Part shown: piece by piece, positions 37,332 through 50,200 of the stretch
Position numbering within the stretch: the stretch's first letter is position 1
How the letters are laid out: each line of letters begins with the position of its first letter
Program-made: the position numbers and the translations under genes
From: Isurus oxyrinchus
Taxonomy: Eukaryota
Reading direction: 5' to 3'
Length of the DNA stretch: 64,000 nucleotides
Assembly: GCA_026770705.1 (NCBI GenBank)
Contig: JANJGN010000192.1
Span: 62,001-126,000 of the forward strand
The notes under the pieces: model-generated
Databases searched by the model: none
What the model was told of the DNA's origin: nothing
Seen by the model: only the letters and a program-made list of their open reading frames with translations

Positions 37332-37912
37332 TGTGAGAATTTGCTTTTTGAGAGCCAGGTTGCAGCAGGAAATGTGGTCAAACAACTGTTTCAAGTGACT
37401 ATTAACACTTGAGTAGGTAAACTGGTTTGGCGTCTGCTAACATAATCAGACAATAGGGTATATAAACCTGTATGGGTCAACCATCAGCAGAAACAAGCTG
37501 GCCTTTGTCCCTCTTGATTAACGATCAAATTCTGTTTAAAGTGAGTGAGAACATAAGCTAACAAGAAAGCCAAGTTGGCCTCCAGAGAAAGAGCAATCAC
37601 AATTTTGTGCAGAGAGCTGTAGAAGTGTGCACTGTGATCTGCAGTATAATACACCCACCTGGAGCCAAAGATAGTCACATCCTCTTCAGAAGACCAGCCG
37701 AGGGGTGATTGTAAGTGTTATTCTGGCAGCTTTGGGAATAGCTAGTTCAGAGAGGGATAGCCTAGGGACTTGATGTCTCATATATATCACATGTGCGACT
37801 AAGTGTTAGCTTACTGTAAATGGAAGTAACGTGGGAACAGTTCAGTACAGCCTAAGAGTTGATTCTGAATCTAACATTTGTGATGTTCTGTTGGGTGTTG
37901 AACCACGTCACA
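37332..37912 (+). mobile_element. candidate solo LTR
   Basis: TGTGA...TCACA inverted termini, internal TATATAAA, absent from paralogous introns. No clear TSD. Confidence 0.45.
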
Positions 37913-38837
37913 CCCGCTGTAATTCTGTGATTACGACCTCAAAGGGATAATTTCCCTGCTTGCAAGACCAAATCACAGCATCCCCAAGTTCTTGTCCTGG
38001 GTCGCTAGAGGACATGGAGCATCAGTGATCAGGGGATGGAGTTTGTGGTGGGGATGAGGATAATGGCCGTGAGTGCAGCACACAAGGTGAAGCTTACAGC
38101 TTCACTTATGACTTATGATGAAAGTGAAATTGGTAGAAAGGTCATTCCCACCCAGACACTGGCAATGCCCAGGCAGCAGCATTGCCTGTTAGGGATGTCA
38201 GCCTCTCTGAAGGGCCGAGTCAGAGTTGATTTGTGACGACCAAATGGCTCCATACAGGAGTCATCCCAGTGGCGTCATGATGGACAGTCGAGCTGCACCA
38301 GTTTAGCCTTCTTCCGGACTATGAGGGAAGGTGAAGCGCTGGAGCTGGGAAGCCTAGAGTCTGGGCAGCAATTACTGATGGTGAGATGGGTTACAGAGCT
38401 GAGAGAGAGAGTGGCCTAATGGATGGACACAGGAGAGCCTCTGGTCACCACAAAACATCGTGTTCATGTGTGCATCACTGTTCACAAACAATAATCTGAG
38501 GATGGTGTTGTAAAGCGCATTGCCCTCGAAACCCTCTTCTTGCTATCGCAAATCCAGGACTCCTGTGACCGGGGAACAGACCATCTCTGAGGAGGGGGAG
38601 GGGTCCTTTATTCCCCTGCACCCTCAGCACAAATTCTGTGGGACGGACATGCCATAGATGGGATTAGAGACAGAAGTTACATGAATCAGAGTAAATGGAG
38701 AAATTTTAAATTTATAACTTTATCACAGGCACCAATAAAGTTGGACAGCTTTTATTTATTATACAAGTAATTGTGCTGACATTGTTTTGTTTTCTATCCT
38801 GCTCTTATAAACATAATATCACACAGTCTGTACTTAC

Positions 38838-39008
38838 TGCAGTTTCTGTATTTTACATTCCAGATTCCTCAGAGCCTCAGATAATATTTTCACCCCTGAA
38901 TCTCACAATTTATTAAGATCAATGTTCAGATACGTCAGTGACCAGCTGGTACTGAGACCAGAGGCGAGATCCCCGGCAGCAGAACTTGTGAGATCGTTAT
39001 ATCACAGG
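38838..39008 (-). pseudogene. NLRP-like LRR exon (two premature stops)
   Basis: 171 nt: cag|L*YNDLTSSAAGDLASGLSTSWSLTYLNIDLNKL*DSGVKILSEALRNLECKIQKL|gtaagta. Confidence 0.93.
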
Positions 39009-40759
39009 CTGAAGATCAGAGCGAAAAAGATAACAGGGATCAGGATTAAATCAGTTTTTTTTTAAGACCAATAATTACGACAATAATACATGGTGTGCAA
39101 AATTCAAAAAACAACTTCCATTTATCGAGTAGATAAAATACTATCGTTGGTGTAAATCTGAAATCTATATAGAATATACTGGAAATACTCAGCAGGTCAG
39201 CCAATATCTGTTCAGAGAGAAAAAAAAAAGAGTTAAATGTTTCTATCAATGCGCTTTCAATAGAATTGAAGAAAAAAAATCAGCTAGTCAACATCTTTTC
39301 AGCAACAGGGAAATGGGGATGGGAGGGTGGCAAGGAAAGGACAAAATGGCAAAAAGGATGATGATATAATACAAAAGCGCAGGATTCCATGTCCTTATCC
39401 AGGTTCCTAGGGAGGGGTATGGGATGGTCAATGGCTCGGGAATGGAGTTTGTGATGGGGCTGAAGTTAATGACTGGAATTTTACCGGAGGGTGCGAAGGG
39501 CTGATCAGATTGTAAGTGGGTATTTGGACGTAGAGTCAGGGTAGTCAGTGTTACAAATGCAATATTATCACCGCTGACAGGTGGGAGGAGGCGTCCAGTT
39601 CGACGGTGTAGACGGGGGACATCCTGGTTCAGATAATGCTGAAGCCATCTGTAAAGGCAGCCAGCAGTACTTTCAAACACAGCAGCTCTGGAGGAGATAG
39701 CAAGGGAGCCTTGGTTACTGAATGAAGAGTTGAAATGTCAGAAGACAGATGAAGGGTTGCACGCTGATTAGTGCTGCATGCAGGACACGTTCCTGTGGTG
39801 CCATGCGGGAGAGTCGGGCTGCCACCAGTATAGGCTAGTGTGTCTCTTTGATGGGCGAGTTACATGAAGATATCTCTGTTTGCAGATGAAACAGCTGACG
39901 AGAGGGCATGAGCCAAGCTGGGTCTCTCTGCCCAGATCACCTCATCCTTAGATCCATGGAAATTCAGACACATGTCCTGGTAGATCTGGAGGCAGGGCGG
40001 GCAATCACAGATGTTGAGGGGGGTTTTGGAGCTGAGAGAAAGAATGCCCTAATGGATGAACACAGGAGAACCTCTAGCGAGCACAAAACAAATGTTTCCC
40101 TTCTAACACTACTTTTCCTTTCACAGATCGAGGACTGTGACCGGGTGACAGCCATCCACCTCTGAGGACGGGAAGTGGACCTCAGAGTGTGCATCGTCAC
40201 ATTATTCCCCTCGCACCCTCCTCCAGTGCAGGTAACATCACGTCGGCAAATAGTCACATTCCATAAGTAAAGGAGTCAAAATCTGGTGAACAGCACAGAC
40301 ACGCCCAAGCAGCTGACAAAGACAATAATACCCATACTTGGAGGGCTATGGGAGGGAAAGGCAATGTCAAGCTTCATGATGATGACATATCACCAACGTC
40401 TTCAAAAAGGCAGCATGTGTTGGAATTGAGCATGAGGTACGTGGACAATTGTCAGAGCTTCAAAAAGCTATTAACAACAAGACACAAAGGATGTAGAATT
40501 TAATTCAGTTTTTGCGTATTGTTCTGTCCCGAGAATGAGTGCCCTAGGAATCCTCTACTGAGAGATTGTTGACCTTGATGTAGAGTCAATCCAGCGGAGC
40601 AACGATTGGAGTTTCACACTGACCTGCATGTCATCAGCATCTCCGTGAGCAATGGCTAGGTGAGAGGGTGTGATGTGACTGGAGTTACCACCAAGTCCTC
40701 GGACTCCTCAGGTGAGCAGGGAGGGTCCGGTGTGCCCTGAAAATGTATAGGAGTGCAGA

Positions 40760-41060
40760 AGACAGAGAGATACTCAGAAGACAGATGTACACAGACACAC
40801 AGACACGCACACACACATACACACAGACACACAGATGCACACAGACAGACTAGACACGCACACACTTACTCTCAGAGATGCACACACTACTCACAGAGAC
40901 GCACACACAAAGACACACACAGAGACACTCACACTTACAGAGACTCACACACAGACATACACACTCACAGAGACACACACAGAGTCACACACACACAAAC
41001 ACATACCCAGAGACACACACACTCAGGGAGACACACACAGAGGGATGCACTCACACACGG
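40760..41060. repeat. complex (CA)n/(GACACACA)n microsatellite
   Basis: Directly visible. It accounts for the Thr/His-rich spurious ORFs. Confidence 0.95.
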
Positions 41061-41285
41061 TACAATCGACAGTGAGATCAGTAAAACATCCAAAGACACA
41101 ACCTCAGTAAAAAAAAAAACAATCTCTTTCCACTCCCTGTGTTTCGTGGGGGACGAGGGCTACTGCCAGTGTTTTAGGGGTTTGTGTGATATCAGGGTTT
41201 GGAACTGGAGTAACACAATCAACAGGGTAAGAAATATAGATTTAAACTTATCCCAGAAATTAAGACAGGCCCTTGTTGAAACCAT

Positions 41286-41490
41286 GCCTGTCCTCGATTA
41301 ACACATCAATTGACAGTATCAGCAAGGTGTCATGTCCTGAGATCAACATTCATTGGACAGGATCAATAAGGTGTTCTGTTTCGGATTAACATTCAGTGGA
41401 CAGGATGAGCAAGGTTCCCTGTCCTGGGATTAACATTGAATGGACAGGATCAGCAAGCTGTCCTGTCCTTGGATTAACATTCAATGGATG
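41286..41490. repeat. 44-bp minisatellite, about 4.6 copies, each with an internal hairpin
   Basis: Consensus GGACAGGATCAGCAAGGTGTCCTGTCCTGGGATTAACATTCAAT, with unit starts at about 41311, 41355, 41398, 41442 and 41486. Confidence 0.9.
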
Positions 41491-41709
41491 GGGCGCCTAG
41501 GGGAGAGATTGAGAGACATTCCAGTCATGTCTGAGAATCAAGGGTTGGAATCTGTATACAGCTCACTCAGGATAAATGTGCATCAGGATATACCCAAACC
41601 AGTCCAAAACCAACAAACTCCCTGTTCACTCTCTCTCTCTGGAGAGAGTGAACACCCTCCCAATATTGGTTGAGTGTGTGTGTATGAGTTTTTCTATGTG
41701 TCTGAATGC

Positions 41710-41968
41710 GCGTAGGCTCTTTCCATTTAGGTTAGGAGAGATAAACGCAAGAGGGCATGGCTGTAGGGTGAAAGGGGAAAGGTTTAGGGGGAACATTAGG
41801 GTGAAATTCTTCACTCAGAGAGTGGTGAGAGTGTGGAACGACCTCCCATCTGACGTGGTAAATGCGGGCTCTCTCTTAAGTTTCAAGAATAAATTGCATA
41901 GATATGTGGATAGGAGAAGTCTGGAAGGTTATGGGCTAGGGGCAGGTCAATGGGACTAGCGGAATAAT
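41710..41968 (+). mobile_element. young CR1 LINE ORF2 C-terminus
   Basis: Open frame LFP...RGH...KGERFRGNIR..FFTQRVVRVWNDLPSDVVNAGSLLSFKNKL.RY.D. Confidence 0.92.
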
Positions 41969-42476
41969 ACGGATATCTCTAGTAAAGTTAATTGTAGAGC
42001 AATATTATCACCAGAATTATTAACGCTGGGTCATCCCGATGTGACGCCACAGAAGACAGAAAGTTTAAGTTACGTAATTACAGTCCAGAAGGCGTTCACA
42101 TTCTGCAATGTCTCAGTAAATATCGCAGCGGAATAATATGAAGCTCATAGAATCCAAGGCTGTCCTGGAGAGATGTTCCTTTCAACATTCAAAGGGCTAT
42201 GCGCAGAATACATTTCCTCTGTGGTTACTTTCCGATCATTAATTTTAATTGACAAAGTTTCTGGAACTGAGCTGATAAATTTCCCCAATGAGGCACCGGG
42301 GTATCTGAACAGTGAAATAATCCGCTTGTTTGTGAAGTGACGATGACTAATCCGAATTATTGTGTAAACTGATTTCCTGACGGGGAGACAAATTGACCTG
42401 TACAGTGGGAAACATTTCTGGAATCTCAGCACAATTAGAAAACTGAGTGAGCTCTCGCATCGTTCTAAAAAAAAAC

Positions 42477-42545
42477 ATGATCGAGCTAATGATCCTACAA
42501 GTAACGAATATTTACTACCCAATTCTGGCAGTCTTTGCTATTCCG
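42477..42545 (+). pseudogene. GPR139-like pseudogene exon 1
   Basis: MIELMILQVTNIYYPILAVFAIP. The expected GT donor is degenerate (ccg|ctaatt). Confidence 0.8.
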
Positions 42546-44671
42546 CTAATTCAGTGTTGTCCAATAGCTTTTGGCTATTTCACTGCTAGTGATTATGTGG
42601 CTGATTGCGGGAATGTCTCACTGCCAGCACATTTCTCTACGGGGATAAATTGCTGAATAGCAGCGGGAGCCCTAGCCCTTTGCGGTGTAAGCTGCGATGC
42701 TGCTCAGTACATTTTGAGCACCTCACACTCCTGTTCACATTGAAGAAGATGGAGGTTTATTTCTCGGTCTTCCAGAGGTTCATTGGCCACTAAACAATGT
42801 GCTGCTTAGAATCCAAGGTAACCATCTGAGAGGTAATGTGGCCCATTGTCTAATTTACAGTGATAATTCCAAGAGCTGCAGCGTCCTGCGCCCAGAAGGG
42901 GACGGGAGGATATTTTGATCAACAGGAAGCTGTTCGTCATTCCTCCATCAGAAAGAATTGTTTGTGATGTCTCGGTTCAGTTCAGTTCCTGAGCGAATCT
43001 TTCAGATCGATTACGGATAGAAAATGGGCACCGTTTTGAATTACTTTGGATAGTCTTTTTTTTTCAGAAGAAATTTTTATTTGAATTTATTGCTTCCTGT
43101 AATGGCCTGGGAATTATACTGAACACCACTGGTATCTGATATCCTCCCGAAGAATCGCCATCTCCAAATTAGCAGACGGAGCAGACTGTAAAATTCTGTT
43201 TAGTGTAACATGGATGCTCATTGGCCATTTGTCAAATTTGCTCAGTGTCTCAATGGCAACTGGCTGATGGCAGGAAGGTTGAATATAAGGAAAACCGTTT
43301 ATTATTTGGCTGTTGAAATTCTACAAGTTAAAAATTTATCCAATTTTCCTTTTATGAAAATTCTATATGATAACCTGGTTGCCCCTGCGAGGCACTCACG
43401 GATAGCCTTGCACTGAACTGTTCCATCAAGCCTCATTCCAGTGCCAGGGACGAAGCTCGTTTAAAGGGAAGAGAGGATTATATATGACGGAAGGCTGATC
43501 CGAATTAGCCGGTTTCACACTCTTTCCTAAGTCACCATTAGCCACACTTGAGGCATCGAAGCCCAAATGTGGTTGTCGTAGGAGGAGTTTGGGGGATACT
43601 CTCCAAGACTGAAGTTTCCAGACTGAATTCGAGAGACATTTATTACCACATCATGAAAACTTCAGACTGAAATTCAATGGGAGGCGGCAGAAGCCTAACC
43701 ATTAGACAATGATTTACTGTCTACACTTGAGGATCAATTACGTGAAAGAACCGAACTTCCCCAAGGAGCCCGATGGAAGAAACCAATGGACAAGATGTTA
43801 CTTTTTAAAACATTTATTGTAAATGAAAAAAAAACAAAGTCAAAACATATATAATTAAATGCTAATTGTATTCAGTAGGAAGTATTAATTATAGTTGAAG
43901 TAGCTGACACAACAGTGGAAAGTCTCACGCATTTCTCGCCTAGTTCCAAGCACATATTTCGCACTGTGTTTAGTCCAAATGTCTCTCACAACTCCATCAT
44001 GGTCCAGCGTGCTCAACTATTCTTCACGCAGTGTCCGATTCTCAAATGTTCTCCAACAGCTGTATGATTCCATCCCAGCTCCACGGATATGATTATAATC
44101 AACAAGGCCTAACTCTGTGAAGCATCTTTCTCTCGGGTCACTACAGGCCTGATGGCTGAGGATTAACACAGGCACTCTCACCTAACATCCCATAACTCTC
44201 TAGTACATACTCTGATCAGCTCTTGGTAATCTCACAGATTTTCACGAGTTTTAGACACACAGCTTTAGCAAGAGCCCATGGACATGGCCCTGTTCTGCTG
44301 AAAATTAATTGAATACATATATCCCGTCTCCAAGTCTGTTTGTATTTCCCAATCAGTTTCAGTTTTCTTAACAATTACGTGCACAGCGTCATTTCCCAGA
44401 AGTCCGATGTCAACTTTGGAGATCCTAGCATGCTTCTTGTCTCTGTTTCACCTAAGGGCTTTCGCAAAAATACTGTCTTGGAAACTATTTTAGCACAATA
44501 GAGTGCATGTTCGTATATTTATTTAGGAAGTTCAAAAAACACAAGCCAATATTATAAATCAAATATATGGATATAACGCCGAGTAGAAATGCACAGAAAC
44601 ATTACTTATAATGTTCTGTGGAATGTACCTGAGTGCCCATGCTACCTACTTACTCTCCCTTTTTCCCACAG

Positions 44672-45620
44672 CGAACCTGATGACAATCGAGATTCTCTCC
44701 AGAGGAAACTGCGGCCTTTCAAAATGCATTTCTTTCCATATGGTGTCCATAGCAACAGCCATCTACTGCTCATGCTCAACAATGTTCTCATGCATAAAAT
44801 CCTGGGTATGCATTTTCCACAAATAATCATGCACTATACACCCATTTGCAAGTTCATAATGTACACAGTTAATACCTACGTGTATTTATCGGTCTGGTTT
44901 ACATTCTCCTTCACATTTGACCAGTTTGTCTCCATATGTATTTACAAGTTTAAGAGAACATATTGCATAGTGCGAACTAAGGCTACAGTTCAAACATCAA
45001 TCTGTACCCTCTCGTTTTTAGAAAACATACCATATTGGTTTGCATTTGAACCTAAGCGAACAGTTAACAATGTTCAAAGGAGTCTCCAACACAGCCTGGA
45101 ATTATACACATCTCCTTTTGGTGTGCATTTACTTGACTACAAAGCATTTTATTGATTTGCATTCCTTTCCCTTTGATATTGCTTCTTAATTCTTTGACAG
45201 TCAGATGGGTTTTAGTAGCCAGACGAGCTCCGGGGTCAAAGCAGCGAGAATCAGAGTGATCCGGAAATACACAACCGAAGGAAATCTATTATTTTACTGT
45301 TCACTGTATCAGTTAGTTTTATAGTGTTGTGGTTGACAGCGGTCGTTTGTTCCTTAGTCGGTGGTTTGCTCCTTCATGTATGCCCGGATTAGACAGCTCC
45401 TGTGTACATCGCCCATCAGAGCGGACACATGCTCATGCATTTGAGTTCATGCACAAACACCGTTATTTATGCGGCTGCACAAATTAAATTCAGGGAAGAG
45501 CTGAAGAAGATAGCGACGTTTCCTTGGACACTAATTTTGATACTGATTAAAAAATGCAAAATGATACCAACTCTCCACGTTCTAATAATAGTTAAATTGT
45601 ATCCAACGTTTCAGTTCTGA
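44672..45620 (+). pseudogene. GPR139-like class A GPCR pseudogene exon 2
   Basis: Acceptor ttttcccacag|, then NLMTIEILSRGNCGLSKCI / SVWFTFSFTFDQFVSIC...ENIPYWF / IPFPLILLLNSLTVR / QSDPEIHNRRKSIILLF...LSSCTNTVIYAAAQIKFREEL. Frameshifts near 44760, 45130-45160 and 45225. Confidence 0.93.
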
Positions 45621-46169
45621 ATGGTGGCCTTTGTGCAGCAATGACAATGTATTTTTATTTAAATGGAATCAGAAACCACTTTTCCAATTTGTTTCATTTA
45701 TTTAATGTCTGCTGATTTTCCACGGGGATTATACTAGTAGTTTTTTCTATATATCTTGTCACGCGGGTTACGTCATTAACATGCTTCAGAATTGGAGTAA
45801 AACCTCTCTGTGTTGCCCCTATCTCCCTTGCAAGGCAGGTACTTAAATGTGAAGCGCCAGTTTAATGAACAGCGACGGTCCTAACACTTCCAATGCCCGC
45901 AACAGTGAATTTAAGTTCCAGTTGCGCATTCCAAACACTGCGGGCGTCCTGTCACGTGCACAGGTGCTGAAATGGCTACGGAAATTGAAATTCCTGATTG
46001 GTTGAATTGTGCTGCCCTCGGCCCGCTGTCAACGTCTGCCACTCTCAGCTCAGTATAAGAGGATTGGGGGTCAGACATACAGGACTTGCCTGCATACTTA
46101 TGCTGCAACTGTTAGGCTGGTTAAAACTTTGGTATAACTCACAGGTTAATCAGCAGAACTGAACTGCAC

Positions 46170-47245
46170 AACACATCCAACACCCCAACTCAGCATCACC
46201 TGCCAAACCTGGATAAATCCTCAGCCCTGACAGCCTACCCGATCCGAATGCCCACCCGAAGCAACGGCCGAACCAACATAACTACTCTCTCTCCGACCCA
46301 ATTACGTTCTCCAAGTCGACTACTCCTTACCCAATTAGCACACCCTGCCCTCGCAACCTGATTGCCCTTTCCCGAATTGGCTACTTGCCACACAATGACA
46401 CTCTCTTGCCCAATTACGTATCAACCTGACTACACACCCGACTCAACGGCCCACCTGAAGCAAAACAACTACACAGGGTCGGAGTGTCCAGCCAAACCAA
46501 TTACCCACCTGTGTCACCCGACTGCTCACCCAAACTGATTACCTACTTATGAGACCTGATTGCCCATTCAACCCGATTATCCATCTCCATGACCTGACTG
46601 CTCACACAACCTGACTGTTTATCCTAGCCAACTAGCTACCCACATCTGACCCGAAAACCCATGCCCATCTTAACTACCCACCCCAAACTGACAACCCACT
46701 GACCCAACAGCCCAACTGACCTCAGTTCCCCCACGATCCGGCTACCGACCCCCGACCCAACTACTGATCATAAATGACATCTAAGTTACTGCTTCCCAAA
46801 TGCTGATTTGACAGCAGCCGGGAGGGCAGGATAATCGGAACCAAGGTTGTCATTACCTTTCTGCACTTCTCTGTGCTTTGGGTCAAATGGCCTGTGAGCT
46901 GCGAAGGGTTTGCTGCTCTTTCAGAGGTGCAAGTGCAGTTTAAATTAGTGGATTTATAAGAACTGGTGGAATGTGTAAAAGACGGATGAGACTGAAGCTT
47001 GTGTCAGTTTCATGATTTTTCTGTATTGGGGCTCAGCAAACAGTTGAAGCTATTGGGTTATCCTCTTTGCACCTGGACACGACCATCCACCAAGCTTGGC
47101 TGGACCATCGACCCGAATGCTTACCCGACCGGGCTGCTCACCCGACCAGCCTATACCCCAACATACTGCCCACCCTGCCCAAACTGTCCAGATGACCTGA
47201 GCATACAATTGACCCGAATAAACCCTTGACCCCAATATACTTGAC
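46170..47245. repeat. degenerate C-rich tandem repeats (ACCCGAC/ACTACCCACC-like) in two blocks
   Basis: 46170-46770 and 47070-47240 show strong C/A skew with recurring CCCGAC, CCTGAC, CCCAAC and TACCCAC words. Confidence 0.7.
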
Positions 47246-50200
47246 TGGAATTAATAAGATTGTCATTAAGTTTTGTCCATGCTGTGTTATATTTCTAACT
47301 CCCTATTTTGTAGTAACAGCTATCATTAGCCACTGAAATATCATTAGGCTATTAGGCGAGAACTGACCCTGCAGCAAAGATCAGTTTCGGAGGGCAGCTG
47401 TTCATGATCCTGCCAATCAACTTCCATCTGTCATTTATTTACTTATCCCATCATCTACCACTTAGTAAACACCATGAATCTGCGAACTCAAGTTCTATTT
47501 TCAAGTCACGGCATGAATCAGCAGCTCCTTGGCTCAGGGATTAATTTATTTTTCTTCTTTCATTGAGTAAAAGTTGAAAGATGGTGAATGCCGTTCACGT
47601 TCCTCCCTCTTCCTGCTCGCCAATATTACAATTGTATTCCTCTATATCTCTGCTTGGCTTTTGAACTCCCTCCTAACCCTCTTCAATTTCCCTCTGTAAA
47701 CCATAGCTGATACCCTATATTTAAAACATTGACTGTCCCTTTGCCGTCCTCCTTCCTCATGATTGCAGGAAGGATTCGATATTTTTATTTTTGTAACTTT
47801 GAACGGTTAAGACCAGACCATATACCTTTGCCGCTGGCTGGGATTCCTGGACATAGGGCCACAGTCACAGTAGGAAAATTCGAGATTTCTCTGCTGGAAT
47901 TATAAAACAATTCTGCGCACATAGGGAGCAGGACTTTCGAGCACGCCAATTTCTATTTAACCCATGGCTTTATTTTAAAAAGCAGGTTCAAAGTGTTATC
48001 TTAAACGAGGTTCTTAACGAATATGAGGGGTAAACGAACATATGGAGGTACACGCCAACCAACCAGGATCTCAGAATAACGAACATACACCAGCGAATAA
48101 AAGGTCTTAACAAGAGCAAATCTCGACGAACAGTGCCTGGTTTTTCAATGGGGTACGACAGCGGCGTCTGGTTTCAACGTTTAATTCGACAATTTTAGAT
48201 CCAATCTTCTGCCTCAATATTGTTTTGTCATGTTCTTTTCTTTATTCCTTCGTGTTAAATTCGCACAGTTGCTAAGGGGCCATTCACAGCCTCATGTGGA
48301 CACAGCTATTATATTTTATTCCTACAGGCATTACAAAATGTTTGTAACCATGAAGTGTGCCCCCCCCCCCCCCCCCCACCCACATCCCCCCCCCCCTCCC
48401 CCCCGCCCTCCAACTCCCATTGACAATCTGTTTCGTACATCCCACCCCCTCCCGCACTCCACTGGTAGAAAAGGTGTTGTTTTCACATATTTCTTCAATT
48501 TTGATAAGACATTATTGACCTGGCCTTTTGTCTCCTTTGATGCTCTATGGCCTGCTGAATATTTCCGGAGCTTTCTGTTTATTCATCTTGCAGTTTTCCA
48601 GTGTCTGTACTACTGTCCTTTTCTACCTGGAAACATATTGGAAAGAATCCTGAACAAAATTCATATTCCTCACTCTCACTCCTCGCCAATCTTTCAGTTT
48701 TCTTGCTCTGCAACTCTGTTTGCTTGTTGAACTCACGCCTAACGCTCCTCAGTTCTGGACACTAAAACACAGCACAGTACCTATTTTGAAGCCACTGACT
48801 GCCGCTGTACCGAATCTTCCCTCGTGATTTTTGCAATTATTTGATCCAAGGTTTCGGGTTGCAAGAAGAAACATAAGATCAATCCAAGAATCTATTTCCA
48901 CTTCCTTGAAGACTCTCATGAAGGGCCATAGTTTAAAAATTAAAGCCAGGGATCCCAGCATGGAAATTATGAAACAATTCTACACACAAAGGATGCTGGA
49001 ACTTCAGAGCTCCCATTTGGATACAGAAAATAATGCTCGAGTAACTGTTTTACTTTAAATCTGAGATTCATAGAATTTTATCAGAGGGTATTAAGGAAGA
49101 TGAGGCAATGGCGACTATATTGAGATAGTCACAAATCAGGCACAACATCATTCAGAATGTCCTAGGTGCTTAATGGCGTTAACAGCAGCAAACATCGAGG
49201 AACATCACCTCGTGTTCCAACTGGGTAATGTGCAGCTTCCTAGACTCAACATTGAATTCAACAAATTTAGATCCTAACATCTGTCCCCATTTTCTTTCTA
49301 GCGTGTATTTGCTGGTTTGGTTTGTCCCGTTTCTTATTTTAACCTCCATGTTACATTCGGGAGGTTGCTGTGCTGCCGTTCACAACCTCATCTGGGCATA
49401 TATTTTGTGTGCAATATCATAACCACAGAATGACAGAAGCTCAGAACTGCCACAGCGCAGGTGAATGTCATTCGACCCATCATGTCTGCACCATTTCTCT
49501 GAATGAGCAATTCACTTTGTGTCATTACCCGCCACGTTCCTTTATGAACGTTCTTCATTTCCAAATAACAGTCTTATCTTCTTTTCAATGCTTCCCTTGA
49601 ACCTCCCTCCACCTCTTAGGGGGTGCATTCCAGGCCTAAGCATTTTCTTCAAAAAAAGACTTTTTTTTCTATTTTTTCCTCCGTTTCACTTTTGATTTTT
49701 ATGAACAAATACTTTTAATCTGCATCAACTTGATTTTGATCATTTCATGAACGGGAACACTCCCAGGCCTCTCATAATTTTGAATCCCTCTATCAACGCT
49801 CAGTTCAGCCTCTTTTTCTCCCAGGGAATCAGTCCTAACTTCTCAAATATATCTTCGTGACTGATGTTCCTCATCCCAAGAAGCATTCTGGTGATTTTTT
49901 TTCTGCCCTCTTCCCAACATCCTTCGCATCTTCCCATCCTTCCTAAAGAGCAGCGACCAGAACCAGAGGGGATGCACCAGCGGAGACTGAAGTAAAACCT
50001 TCTGCAAAAATTGTTTATCTTATTCCCATTACAATACTCTTTGTTTATTTATATCATTAAGTATGTTGTCTCCTGTCCTCACAGGCAATCGCATTCGAGG
50101 TGATCCCACAACCAACGGATCAGATTTACGCCCTGTAAGCCTGCCACATGCATTCATGGATGCTGGTGGACAACACCAACTGGAGAAGGAGGCTCCACAA

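Larger units (their letters stand above)
35690..40260. repeat. three copies of an intronic module (about 35690-36560, 37950-38700, 39390-40260)
   Basis: Shared GGAATG(G/A)AGTTTGTG(A/G)TGGGG and GAGCTGAGAGA...GGATG(G/A)ACACAGGA anchors. Each copy lies next to one LRR exon. Confidence 0.9.

Noticed and set aside
40753-41301. 182-aa Thr/His-rich ORF
   Set aside because: Product of the CA-rich microsatellite.
41286-41490. CRISPR array
   Set aside because: Eukaryotic context, inter-hairpin segments are repeated rather than unique, and there are no cas genes.
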